A stretch of 64,000 bases of DNA from Dehalococcoidia bacterium (lineage in GTDB: Bacteria > Chloroflexota > Dehalococcoidia > Bin125), in the NCBI GenBank assembly GCA_963555985.3, contig OY820591.1:2240001-2304000 (forward strand). The letters are read 5' to 3'. Every line of letters starts with the position of its first letter. Positions within the stretch are counted from its first letter, which is position 1. A model generated the notes under the pieces. The model ran no database searches, was not told where the DNA came from, and was given only the letters and a program-made list of their open reading frames with translations. The position numbers and the translations under genes are program-made. Shown here one piece after another: positions 16,732 through 27,236 of the stretch.

Positions 16732-17423
16732 CCGACGTCCGCTTCTACGGCGAACGACCGCCCGGCATCAACCAGGACTGGCTGCCCGGCCGCCTGATCG
16801 TGGTCGAAGGCACCGACGGCGTCGGCCGCTCCACCATGATCGGAATGCTCAAGGACTACCTCGAAGCGAACGGCTGGGGCGTCGTCGATAGCGGCCTCCG
16901 CCGCTCACCGCTGGTCGGACCCGGCATCGAGCAGGCCAAAGAAGGCCACACGCTCGATCCGATCACGCTCAACCTCTTCTACGCCACCGACTTCTGGGAC
17001 CGCTTCGAGCGGATCATGCTCCCCGCCTTGCAAGCGGGCATGGTCGTCCTCGCCGACCGCTACATCTTCTCGCTGATCGCGCGCGCCATCGTGCGCGGCG
17101 CCTCGCGCGAGTGGCTCGAGCAGATCTACGGCTTCGCCATGATCCCCGATCAGGTGATCTACCTCGATATCGACGCCGAAGACCTCGTATTGCGCGTGCT
17201 CGAACGCGGCTTCGACTACTGGGAATCGGGCGGCGACTACCTCCACGGGGTCAGCATCTACGACGGCTTTATGGAGCATCAGCGCGCCCAACTCCGCGAA
17301 ATGTCTGCAATGGCCGAACGTTACAGCTGGGACATCGTTGATGCGCGCGGCTCGATCGAGCATGTCTTCGCGCAGATTCGCGCTAAAGTCATGCCCACCG
17401 TCGAGACCATGCCCAGCGCCTGA
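16728..17423 (+). CDS. Thymidylate kinase-like protein (copy 2, P-loop K to R)
   Basis: LIVVEGTDGVGRST, VLADRY; ATGA-coupled to copy 1. Confidence 0.82.
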   Translation: MTDVRFYGERPPGINQDWLPGRLIVVEGTDGVGRSTMIGMLKDYLEANGWGVVDSGLRRSPLVGPGIEQAKEGHTLDPITLNLFYATDFWDRFERIMLPALQAGMVVLADRYIFSLIARAIVRGASREWLEQIYGFAMIPDQVIYLDIDAEDLVLRVLERGFDYWESGGDYLHGVSIYDGFMEHQRAQLREMSAMAERYSWDIVDARGSIEHVFAQIRAKVMPTVETMPSA

Positions 17424-17454
17424 TCACCCGCCCTCATGTACACTGACCCCACCC

Positions 17455-17530
17455 GCCGAGGTAGCTCAGGTGGTAGAGCACACGGCTGAAAACCGTGGTG
17501 TCGGCAGTTCGACTCTGCCCCTCGGCACCA
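17455..17530 (+). tRNA. tRNA-Phe (GAA)
   Basis: GCCGAGG/CCTCGGC acceptor stem, anticodon arm cacgg-ctGAAaa-ccgtg, GTTCGA T-loop, encoded CCA. Confidence 0.97.
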
Positions 17531-17548
17531 AATCTCCCACCCCCTCTC

Positions 17549-17790
17549 CCGTCATTTCCGCACCCATGCTCGTCACACCCGCGCTCGCCGCGGAGCCTGT
17601 CCCCGTCCTGTGGGATCTCTCGCCGTGCTCTGCATCGTCGTCGCTCACACGGCGAGATTGCCGTGGCGGAGCACGGCAATGACGGAGAACGTCGACTTTC
17701 ACAAAGATCTCCGCAGACGCCCAATCCCCTCTCCCCTCGCACTGCGGGAGGAGATGCCCCGCAGGGGCAGAGAGGAGTCCGCCCCCTGTC
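17549..17790. repeat. Cluster of REP-like hairpins
   Basis: 17616-17687 is a reverse-complement homolog of 35283-35352; 17726-17785 is a reverse-complement homolog of 23373-23425 and 30374-30430. Confidence 0.75.
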
Positions 17791-17819
17791 GCCCCCGCAA
17801 CATCCCAACAACTCCAGCC

Positions 17820-17848
17820 CTGACAAAGACCAGATGCCCATATAAGAT
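17820..17848 (+). promoter_or_regulatory. Sigma70-like promoter
   Basis: CTGACA-N17-TAAGAT. Confidence 0.5.
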
Positions 17849-17906
17849 CGCCTGTGCTCAACATCTCGACCACCACCAACGAAACCCGCCATGACCACCC
17901 GAACCC

Positions 17907-18007
17907 GTCTAGACATCCCTGGACAAACTTGGACACATGCCCCCAATTCCGCTCGGAACACCCAAAAATCCAGACGGATCTGGCCAAATCTGGACTTTTC
18001 CGGACTA
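17907..18007. repeat. 10-bp periodic repeats (AATCTGGACA-like), relic of the HTH element tail
   Basis: gtctagacat ccctggacaa acttggacac ... aatccagacg gatctggcca aatctggact tttccggact. Confidence 0.7.
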
Positions 18008-18180
18008 CCTACCGCCCAATTCTCCGCCCACAGCGGCAAATTCGCCGCCTCCGCTCAGAAATTCCTCCCACGCCCGCAACTACCGCCCAACCTGTCAGAG
18101 TGTCAGCAGCGACCAGAGTTGAGCGCATCGCCCCGCTCTGCGATCCTGCACCAGAACAGCGCCAACACACGGGAGACATT

Positions 18181-19203
<1,023 letters not shown>

Positions 19204-19257
19204 GTCTGTAGTCTTCGCGGAACTCCCGGCTACGCCAAGAAACGGCGGAACAACCCC

Positions 19258-20607
19258 ATGCCGATGTTCGACTCCCTCAGCGGCAAGCTCCAGGACGTCT
19301 TCGTCTCCCTCGGCCGGCGCGGCGCAATCTCCGAGAAGGAACTCGAAACCGCCCTCCGCGAAGTCCGCCTCGCCTTGCTCGAAGCCGACGTCAACTACAA
19401 GGTCGCCCGCGACTTCATCAAGTCCGTCCGCGGTCGCGCCGCCACCGACGAGGTGCTCCGCTCACCCACGCCGCTCAACCGCGTCGTCGAAATCATCAAC
19501 GAAGAGCTGGTCGCCCTGCTCGGTACCGAGTCGCCCAGCCTCAAGCGCGCCTCCCAAGGCTCCACGATCATCCTCATGGTCGGCCTGCAAGGCTCCGGCA
19601 AGACCACCACCTCGGCCAAGCTCGCCCTCCGCGCCCGCAAGTCGGGCGAGCGCCCGCTCCTGATCGCCGCCGACGTCTACCGTCCCGCCGCCATTGATCA
19701 GCTCCAGGCGCTCGGACGCCAACTCGACATCGAGGTCTTCGAGCAAGGCGCCGACGCCAAACCGACTGAGATCGTCGCCGCCGGACTCGAACGCGCCGAG
19801 ACGATCGGCGCGCGCACGATCATCGTCGACACCGCCGGCCGGCTCCACATCGACGACGCCATGATGTCCGAAATCACCGAACTGCGGCAGCGCTTCGAGC
19901 CGACCGAAGTCCTGCTCGTCGCCGACGCAATGTCCGGACAGGACGCGGTCAACGCCGCCCAAGCCTTTGACGAGGCGGTCGGCATCACCGGCGTCGTGCT
20001 CTCCAAGATGGACGGCGACGCGCGCGGCGGCGCAGCCCTCTCCATTCGCGCCGTCACCGGCGCGCCAATCAAATTCCTCGGCATCGGCGAACGCCCCGAC
20101 GCACTCGAATCCTTCCACCCCGACCGTCTGGCCGGACGCATCCTCGGCCGCGGCGACATGTCCACCCTGATCGAGCGCGCCGAGCAGGAATTCGGCGAAC
20201 AGGACGCCAAACAGTGGCGACGCCGACTTCAGGACGGCGACTTCAACCTTGAAGACTTCATCGAGCAGATCGGCAAAGTCCGCCAGATGGGCCCGATCTC
20301 CCAGATCGTCAACATGATCCCGGGCCTCAGCTCGATCAAGAACCAAATCCAGGTCGACGAGCTCGACGATGACTTCTTCAAACACTTTGAAGCCATCGTC
20401 TTCTCTATGACCCCTCAGGAACGGCGCAAACCCGACATCATCAACGGCTCCCGCCGCCGCCGCATCGCCAACGGCAGCGGTACCACCCCCCAGGAAGTCA
20501 ATCAGTTGCTCAACCAGTTCAAACAGGCCAAAGGCATTATGAAAGACTTGGCCGACGGCAAAATGCCCACCGCGCCGGGTATGCGAGTGCCAGCCGGTAG
20601 ACGTTAG
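19258..20607 (+). CDS. ffh: Signal recognition particle protein Ffh
   Basis: ALLEADVN, GLQGSGKTT, DTAGR, SKMDGDARGGAALS, SRRRRIANGSG. Confidence 0.98.
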   Translation: MPMFDSLSGKLQDVFVSLGRRGAISEKELETALREVRLALLEADVNYKVARDFIKSVRGRAATDEVLRSPTPLNRVVEIINEELVALLGTESPSLKRASQGSTIILMVGLQGSGKTTTSAKLALRARKSGERPLLIAADVYRPAAIDQLQALGRQLDIEVFEQGADAKPTEIVAAGLERAETIGARTIIVDTAGRLHIDDAMMSEITELRQRFEPTEVLLVADAMSGQDAVNAAQAFDEAVGITGVVLSKMDGDARGGAALSIRAVTGAPIKFLGIGERPDALESFHPDRLAGRILGRGDMSTLIERAEQEFGEQDAKQWRRRLQDGDFNLEDFIEQIGKVRQMGPISQIVNMIPGLSSIKNQIQVDELDDDFFKHFEAIVFSMTPQERRKPDIINGSRRRRIANGSGTTPQEVNQLLNQFKQAKGIMKDLADGKMPTAPGMRVPAGRR

Positions 20608-20674
20608 CCCTCAGCGGCTAGCGCCGATCCCCACTACGCTGAAGCCAATACCGCCGACGAGGAGAGAGACCGCA

Positions 20675-20983
20675 GTGCTCAAAATTCGACTGGCCCGCCA
20701 CGGACGCAAGGGGCGTCCGTCCTACCGTGTGGTCGTACAGGACAGCCGCAAGCCCCGCAATGGGCGTTTCGTGGAGATCTTGGGCCGCTACGACCCGCTC
20801 GCCGATCCGGCCGTCTTCGAGGTCAAGGGCGAGCGAGTGACGCACTGGCTCTCGCAAGGGGCCAGGCCCTCGGAAACCGTGCATCGCTTCCTCGCCCGTG
20901 AAGGCCTGATCGAACCCTTCCAGGCCAAACCCCGCAGCAAGCGCGCCGACGCCAAACGCGCAGCCGCCGAAGCGAGCGGATAA
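20675..20983 (+). CDS. rpsP: 30S ribosomal protein S16
   Basis: LKIRLARHGRKGRPSYRVVV..WLSQGARPSETV. Confidence 0.97.
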   Translation: MLKIRLARHGRKGRPSYRVVVQDSRKPRNGRFVEILGRYDPLADPAVFEVKGERVTHWLSQGARPSETVHRFLAREGLIEPFQAKPRSKRADAKRAAAEASG

Positions 20984-20988
20984 GCGTC

Positions 20989-21216
20989 ATGGAAACCTTC
21001 GTCGAATACGTCGCCAAATGGATGGTTGACGAGCCGGATGCAGTCCAGGTCGAACGCGAACAAGTCGGCGACCACGTCACCATCTACCTGCAAGTCCACG
21101 AAGACGACATGGGCCGCATCATCGGCCGCGATGGACGCCTCGCCACTACCTTGCGCACCCTCCTCTCCGTCGCCGGACACGCCCGCGCCCTGGAGACCTC
21201 GCTCGAGATCCGCTAA
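20989..21216 (+). CDS. khpA: KH-domain RNA-binding protein
   Basis: DMGRIIGRDGR GxxG loop, located between rpsP and rimM. Confidence 0.92.
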   Translation: METFVEYVAKWMVDEPDAVQVEREQVGDHVTIYLQVHEDDMGRIIGRDGRLATTLRTLLSVAGHARALETSLEIR

Positions 21217-21764
21217 TGGCGCTGCGCTTAGGCCGTGACCGTGAACCGCGAATGCCGCGCGACGGCTACCGCGCCATCGGCCTGATCGAGCGTCCGCGCG
21301 GGCTCAAAGGCGAACTCAAAGCGCTCCCCCTCACCGATTTCCCCGAACGCTTCGCCGCCGGCGCGCGCGTCTACATCAGCGGCCAAGCCCGAACCGTCAC
21401 CCGCGCCACTTGGCAGAAAGGCCGCGTCTACTTCTACTGCGCCGGTGTCGAAGACCGCGAAGCCGCCGAGCAACTGCGCAACGAACTGATCGAGATCCCC
21501 GCCAACGAACGCCCCCAAGACGCCGGCGAATTCTGGTACATCGACGAAATCGAGGGTCTGCGCGTCACCGCCGTCACCGGCGAGCACCTGGGCACAGTCA
21601 GCGAAGTCTTGCAAACCGGAGCCAACGACGTCTATGTCGTCCGGCGCAACGACCGGCGCGACCTCCTCGTCCCCGCGCTCCAAGACGTGATCAAGCGGAT
21701 CGATATCGATGCCGGCGAGATGCGGGTCGATCTCCCCGACGGCCTAGCCCCGGAGCTTGATTGA
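21216..21764 (+). CDS. rimM: 16S rRNA processing protein RimM
   Basis: [22 protein letters not shown]. Confidence 0.95.
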   Translation: MALRLGRDREPRMPRDGYRAIGLIERPRGLKGELKALPLTDFPERFAAGARVYISGQARTVTRATWQKGRVYFYCAGVEDREAAEQLRNELIEIPANERPQDAGEFWYIDEIEGLRVTAVTGEHLGTVSEVLQTGANDVYVVRRNDRRDLLVPALQDVIKRIDIDAGEMRVDLPDGLAPELD

Positions 21765-21842
21765 CCGCGCGCAGCCGCCGATCCGCACGCCATTGAACCA
21801 GCCCCGAACGCCGATGTAGGCTGAGAGCGCTGGAGACTGCGT

Positions 21843-21918
<76 letters not shown>

Positions 21919-22251
21919 ACCTGGACAACATCAAGAACATTTGCGTTGACCTCTGAGCTTGGGCTTTGAGCGGAAGCCGTTCACCAGCTTGGGGGTGTAG
22001 CAAAAGGCGACTCCAACCGGGGCGACCGTTCGGCGACCGCCCAATCCGGCCTTGGAGCGGGCTATCTGTTAGCAAATCTCGCCACCGCTGTCATATCGGC
22101 GTGTTGATGCGCTTGCACCGGCGAAGACAGTGTCAGCACGATCAAAACCCAAAGCCCTGGGAGCACTCTATCGCTCCCGGCCACAGAGGCTCCGCGGGAG
22201 GTCGCGGTCGTCTATCTTCTTTGCGATCCCGGTCGCGTTCTAGGGGGTTTT

Positions 22252-23340
22252 ATGGACTACGGCATTGCCTTTCCCTCGTACATTAATGCTTGGCGCGAGG
22301 CGGCCGCGGCTGAGGCGGCGGGCTTCACCCATGCTTGGTTCTTTGATTCGCAACTGATCTACAGCGATGTGTACGCGACGATGGCGTTGGCGGCGGAGCA
22401 CACCAGCCGGATTGTGCTGGGCACCCTGGTGTCTATTCCGAGCAACCGGCTCTCCGCGGTGACCGCTTCGGCGATCGCCACGATCAACTATCTGGCGCCC
22501 GGACGAGTCGTCCTGGGCCTGGGTACTGGTTACACGGGTCGCAACACGATGGGCCTGCCTGCGGTATCGGTCGCTGATTTCCGCGAACACACGCAGCAGG
22601 TGCGCGGCCTGTTGCAAGGCGAGGAAGTGTTGATCCGCGAGGGCGAGCGCGAGCGTTGGATTCGGCTCTTGCATCCGGATCGCGGCGGCTTCATCAACAT
22701 TGAGGACGAGATTCCGATCTACCTCGCCGCAAACGGGCCTAAAGCGCTCGCGGCGACCGGGGAGTTGGCCGACGGCTGGGTCACGGGGGCGCTCACGCCC
22801 GACATCTCGACGGGCTTCGAGGCGATTCGTGTCGCGGCTGCCGCTGCCGGCCGATCCACCGACAAGCCGTACACGGTCGGACTCACCGCTGGCTGCGTGC
22901 TGCGCGAGGGCGAGTCGCTCAGTTCGCCGCGCGTGATCGAGCGGGTGGGGCCCAACGCGCTGCCGGGTCTTCATGCGATGTGGGAGTCGCACTACGGGCC
23001 GGGGGCGAACCTGGGGATTACGGACCCCGACGCGGCGGCTGCGTTCCATCGGTACATCGTGGAGTACGGGGACGCGCGGGGGAGCAAGCCCGATCGACGG
23101 TACCTGGATGTGCATACGGGGCATATGGTCTTTCTCAAGCCGGGCGAGGAGCAATTCATCAGCGAAGCCTCGATCGGGGCGACGCTGACGGGTACGCCGG
23201 CGCAGATCATCGAGCGGCTGGAGGAGATGGAGGCGGCGGGGATCGACAACGTCGCGATTGCCTGCGTGGATGCGGCGGGCGCGCGCGACTTGATCGCCGA
23301 TTTTGGCAGAGAGGTGATCGCCAAGCGGTCTCCCGCCTAG
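22252..23340 (+). CDS. LLM-class flavin-dependent oxidoreductase
   Basis: AEAAGFTHAWFFDSQ, TSRIVLGT, PGRVVLGLGTG, PIYLAANGPKAL..GELADG. Confidence 0.92.
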   Translation: MDYGIAFPSYINAWREAAAAEAAGFTHAWFFDSQLIYSDVYATMALAAEHTSRIVLGTLVSIPSNRLSAVTASAIATINYLAPGRVVLGLGTGYTGRNTMGLPAVSVADFREHTQQVRGLLQGEEVLIREGERERWIRLLHPDRGGFINIEDEIPIYLAANGPKALAATGELADGWVTGALTPDISTGFEAIRVAAAAAGRSTDKPYTVGLTAGCVLREGESLSSPRVIERVGPNALPGLHAMWESHYGPGANLGITDPDAAAAFHRYIVEYGDARGSKPDRRYLDVHTGHMVFLKPGEEQFISEASIGATLTGTPAQIIERLEEMEAAGIDNVAIACVDAAGARDLIADFGREVIAKRSPA

Positions 23341-23452
23341 GAGACGTTTGCAAGACCCTCCCACTGCACTGTGGGGACCCCCCTCTGTCGCTGCGCGACA
23401 TCTCCCCCCGCGGTGCGGGGGGAGAAGGGATCGGGATCTTTGCAATCGTCTC
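23341..23452. mobile_element. MITE-like element with IS5-like terminal inverted repeats carrying REP hairpins
   Basis: Ends gagacgtttgcaaga / tctttgcaatcgtctc; left flank CTAG; fills gap between convergent stops. Confidence 0.6.
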
Positions 23453-23453
23453 C

Positions 23454-24743
23454 TCATATGAGGGCCTGGTAGGTCAGCTTCATGAAGCGGCGGGTGAGGT
23501 CGGCCATGCCGCCGGGGCGATTGCCATAGAGGAAGACGTGGTTGAAGAAGAGGCCGATGAGGTCTTCGAGCGGATCGACGAAGAACCAGGTGCCGGCGGC
23601 GCCGCCCCAGCCGAAGGTTCCGGCTGAGCCGGGGTAGAACGAGCGCTCGACCGACTTGCGGACCGCGTAGCCGAGGCCGAAGCCGTAGTTAGGGATCGGG
23701 AGCAGGTCGATCTCGCGATCTCCGAGGTGGTTGGAGGTCATGAGCTCTACCGTCTTGCGGCCCAGGATGCGGACGCCGTTGAGTTCGCCGCCGTTGAGCA
23801 GCATCTGGGCGAAGCGGGCGTAGTCGGGCGGGCTACAGAGGATGCCCCCGAAGAGGCCGTTGCCGGAGCGCAGGTCTCTTGAGCGCGAGCGCACCTTCTC
23901 GGCGGTCTCGGGGCGATCGCGCGTGATGAGGTTGCCCTCGGCGTCCCAGGTGTGGTCGGTGACCAGGCGTCCTTGATCAGCGTCGTCGCAGTAGAAGCCG
24001 GAGTCGTCCATGCCGAGCGGATCGAAGAGGCGCTCGCGGAAGAGTTCGTCGAGGTTCTTGCCGGTCAAGCGAGTGAGGAAGAGGGAGAGGACATCGAAGT
24101 CGGAGCCGTAGTTCCAGCGGTCGCCGGGATGGGCGTAGAGGGGCATGTCGGCGATGGCGAGGACCATCTCCTCGTAGCTGCGGGGGGGATCGTTGATTAG
24201 GGTGTCGCCGGGCATGAAGCCGGTGCCCTGGGAGGATCGCACGAGCAGCGGATAGTAGGCGGCGGGGAGTTTGCCGATTGCGGGCAGGCCCGAGGTCATG
24301 GTCATCAGGTCCATGACCATGATGTCGCGGCGGGCGGGTTCGACGTTCATGGGTGGGAAGGCGCCGCGCAAGCGATCGTGGGGCGGGGTTTCGATGGCCA
24401 CCAGGCGGTTGGCGAACTCGGGGAGCCAGCGGGTGATCGGGTCGTTGAGCTCGAAGGCGCTTTCCTCGAAGAGGCTCATCAGCACGACTGCCGCGACCGG
24501 CTTGGTCTGGGAGTACATGCGGAAGAGGCTGTCCATGCCGACGGGGGTCTCGCGTTCCACGTCGAGGGCGCCCGCTGCGTGGGCGTGGACGACCTGGCCG
24601 CGGCGCAGGACGATCGTGACCGCACCGGGTAGGTCTCGGGCGGCTACTGCCGCATTGGTCATGTCTTCGATGAGGGAGAGGCGCTCAGGGTCGAAACCGA
24701 CGGCGGCTGGGTCGGTTGTGGGGAGGGCGTTGAGTGAACTCAA
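23454..24743 (-). CDS. Serine hydrolase, beta-lactamase class C/EstB family
   Basis: FRMYSQTK (SxxK), WNYG, FGWGGAAGT. Confidence 0.92.
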   Translation of the reverse strand: MSSLNALPTTDPAAVGFDPERLSLIEDMTNAAVAARDLPGAVTIVLRRGQVVHAHAAGALDVERETPVGMDSLFRMYSQTKPVAAVVLMSLFEESAFELNDPITRWLPEFANRLVAIETPPHDRLRGAFPPMNVEPARRDIMVMDLMTMTSGLPAIGKLPAAYYPLLVRSSQGTGFMPGDTLINDPPRSYEEMVLAIADMPLYAHPGDRWNYGSDFDVLSLFLTRLTGKNLDELFRERLFDPLGMDDSGFYCDDADQGRLVTDHTWDAEGNLITRDRPETAEKVRSRSRDLRSGNGLFGGILCSPPDYARFAQMLLNGGELNGVRILGRKTVELMTSNHLGDREIDLLPIPNYGFGLGYAVRKSVERSFYPGSAGTFGWGGAAGTWFFVDPLEDLIGLFFNHVFLYGNRPGGMADLTRRFMKLTYQALI

Positions 24744-24805
24744 AGGGGACTCCTTGCTGTCGAGAGGAGCGAGATAGGGATCGCGGGAAGCGCAAGAGAC
24801 GTGGT

Positions 24806-25014
24806 TAGGGCGTGTTCAGATTGCGGCCTGAGAGGGAGGACTCTACTCAAACCAGCCTTCAATGGGGGGCGGGACCCCCCTCCGCCTTCGGCACCTCCCC
24901 CCTCAGGGAGGAGGAGGTTCTTTTCGCGGTTTTGCATCGGTCTCTGCGAGGGAGAGCGTGAGGAGCGGATCGGCGCTTTGCAGAGGAACACGACGCCCAT
25001 CTGAACAGGACCTA
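24806..25014. mobile_element. MITE-like element with TAGG.C.TGTTCAGAT inverted ends
   Basis: Left tagggcgtgttcagat, right atctgaacaggaccta; internal GC hairpins. Confidence 0.6.
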
Positions 25015-25015
25015 G

Positions 25016-25157
25016 CAGGCTGCTGAAAGAGTCAACCATCGTCATTCCAGGCTTGACCTGGAATCTCGCTCTCCTCGCTCCCCTATCTGGTCGGGCGAGA
25101 TTCCAGCTTTCGCTGGAATGACGGATCCGAAGGACAGAGGCACTTTTCAGCACCCTG
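25016..25157. mobile_element. MITE-like element, CAGG(C/G)TGCTGAAA ends, CTAG target duplication
   Basis: CTAG at 25012-25015 and 25158-25161; TIR caggctgctgaaa / tttcagcaccctg; internal REP doublet 25040-25123. Confidence 0.75.
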
Positions 25158-27122
25158 CTAGGCCTTCAGCTTTTGGACTGCGAAGAGTTGCTCGTTGCCT
25201 CTGGGCTGGACGGCTCCGGCGGGCCAGCGGACTCCTGAACGCACGACCCCTGCGGTCTGGATCTCGACCAAGGGGAGCATGTAATAGCCGAGGGTATGTT
25301 CGATGAACAGTTCGCTGATCAACTCGCTGCGCTTGGCCGGGTCGAGCTCCAGCCGTTGGGCCCGCGCGAGCGCCGTGACCTCTTCGCTGCTGCCGAGGGT
25401 ATAGACGCCCTCCGGCAAGACGGAGATGTTGACGGTTGTTTGGATGTCCGTGCGCTGGCCGTCGATGAACCACCAGATCCCGGGCGCTCCATCGGTCCTG
25501 CCGGCTCCCGCCTGTCGAATGCCGGCGTCGGTGAAGTATTCCGAGGCGGGATACTCCTTGATCGTCAGGCGGATGCCGATTGCCGCGAGGTCCTGCTGGA
25601 CGGCGAGCGCCATCTCCGGAATGCCGGGGGAGAAGCCGATGACGATGTGGAAGGTGGTGTCGAAGCCGTCGGCGTAGCCCGCCTCGGCCATCAACTGCTT
25701 GGCCCGCTCGGGATCGTAGTCGAACATCAGCCCGGCTGCCTCGATCTCCTCCTCGGTGGGATAGCCGAAGGCACTGCGGCCGGTGAACATGGGTTGCTTC
25801 TCGGTGCCCGTGAGCAGGCCGTCAATGATCGCCTGGCGGTTGACGGCAATGTTGGCCGCCTCGCGGACGCGAATGTCGAGGAAGGGATTGGGCGAGCCGT
25901 CCTCGAACAGCGGGTTATTGAGGTTGAACCTGGGCAGCATGGTGGTGGCGCCCTGGTAGTGGATTGTGTACTCGGGGTCGTCGATGAACCCCTCCACGTC
26001 CTTGGTCGCCAGGCCGTAGAGCACGTCCAGTTCCCCGGCTTCGAGGCCCGCGATCTGGGTCAGCACCTCGGGGCGGATTAACACCGTGAGATCCTTGTGG
26101 AAGGGCACGTGTTTGACGTTGACCGGGTGGTCAAGCGGCTTGAGGTGGTCGTCGAAGCGGGTCATGACGAAGTCGGTGTCGTCGGTGTGGCTGACGAAGC
26201 GGTAGGGGCCGGTGCCCATCGGCTCGCGGTCCATCGCGGCGTCGCCGACGGTCTCGACGTAGGCCTTGGAGAAGATCGCCCCCACGGTTGAGGCGTTGGG
26301 CATCTGGTTGGAGATCCAGGCGGCATCGGGCTGGTGCAGCCCGACCTTCCAGGTGCGCTCATCGATCGCTTCGCTGCTGACCCAGTTCTGCGAGCCGAAG
26401 GAGACGCGCGCGCTGGTCCAGCCTGCCGGGTGATCGGTGGTCTCGCCGCCCTGGTGGTACTCGGCGATGTTGCCCATGCGCTCGTAGGTGAAGACCATGT
26501 CTTCCGCCGTGAGGATGGTTCCGTCGTGGAACATGGCGGGCATGACCTGGGCGACCATGGTCACGTCGTCGACGAACTCGGGCGCGATCATGTGCGGGCG
26601 GATGGAGTTGTCGTCCGGATCGAAGACGATGCCGGCGTCGTAGACGTTGCCGTGAGAGATGTAGTTGACGTGGCTGCCGGAGCGGATCGGGTCGAGTCCG
26701 CCGCCGTCGCGGGCGACGGCGGTCGTGATCGCGGCGTCCAGGTCGACGTCGGCAAAGGGAGCCGGAGCGACGGCCTGTTGCTCGGCCTGCTCTTGCGCCT
26801 GTTCCTGTTGGGTCTGTTCCTGCGCCTCGACCTGCTGGGCCTGCTGCTCGGCCTGTTGTTCGGCGGGCTGCTGCTGCTGCTGTTGCTGGGCGGCTTGCTG
26901 CTGCGGCTCGGCCTGTTGCTGCTGCTGCGCGGCGGGCTGCGGCTGCTCCTGCTGTTGTTGTTGCGCCTGCGCTGCGGCTGGCTGCGCGTCGTCATCGTCG
27001 TCGCCGCAGCCCACGAGGGCCAGACCAGCAGCGCCAACCCCCGCCCTAGCGGTGGCGGCGAGCACGCTGCGCCGCGAGAGCCGCCGCCGTTGGAGCCGGG
27101 TCCAATAATTGCGCTTGCTCAT
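25158..27122 (-). CDS. ABC transporter substrate-binding lipoprotein (family 5), Tat-type signal, Gln-rich linker
   Basis: Start moved to ATG at 27122 (MSKRNYW); SRRSVL, LALVGC, PMGTGPY, FLDIRVREA, YDPERAKQLMAEAGY. Confidence 0.9.
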   Translation of the reverse strand: MSKRNYWTRLQRRRLSRRSVLAATARAGVGAAGLALVGCGDDDDDAQPAAAQAQQQQQEQPQPAAQQQQQAEPQQQAAQQQQQQQPAEQQAEQQAQQVEAQEQTQQEQAQEQAEQQAVAPAPFADVDLDAAITTAVARDGGGLDPIRSGSHVNYISHGNVYDAGIVFDPDDNSIRPHMIAPEFVDDVTMVAQVMPAMFHDGTILTAEDMVFTYERMGNIAEYHQGGETTDHPAGWTSARVSFGSQNWVSSEAIDERTWKVGLHQPDAAWISNQMPNASTVGAIFSKAYVETVGDAAMDREPMGTGPYRFVSHTDDTDFVMTRFDDHLKPLDHPVNVKHVPFHKDLTVLIRPEVLTQIAGLEAGELDVLYGLATKDVEGFIDDPEYTIHYQGATTMLPRFNLNNPLFEDGSPNPFLDIRVREAANIAVNRQAIIDGLLTGTEKQPMFTGRSAFGYPTEEEIEAAGLMFDYDPERAKQLMAEAGYADGFDTTFHIVIGFSPGIPEMALAVQQDLAAIGIRLTIKEYPASEYFTDAGIRQAGAGRTDGAPGIWWFIDGQRTDIQTTVNISVLPEGVYTLGSSEEVTALARAQRLELDPAKRSELISELFIEHTLGYYMLPLVEIQTAGVVRSGVRWPAGAVQPRGNEQLFAVQKLKA

Positions 27123-27236
27123 GTCGGTCCTCTCTGCGGGCTTCAGCGGGCTGATCGTTCGCCGCCTCCGAGCGGTTCGATCGCTGGCGGGAGTATGCCT
27201 AGCTCGTCGTTCGGTTGTCAACGTGTCATTCGCTGT

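Noticed and set aside
17854-18180. 109-aa N-terminal extension of GAPDH
   Set aside because: Runs through the repeat relic; GTG at 18181 with RBS gives a canonical protein
21919-22250. Integrated element at tRNA-Ala or tRNA-Phe
   Set aside because: No integrase and no duplicated tRNA 3' end found in the window by eye
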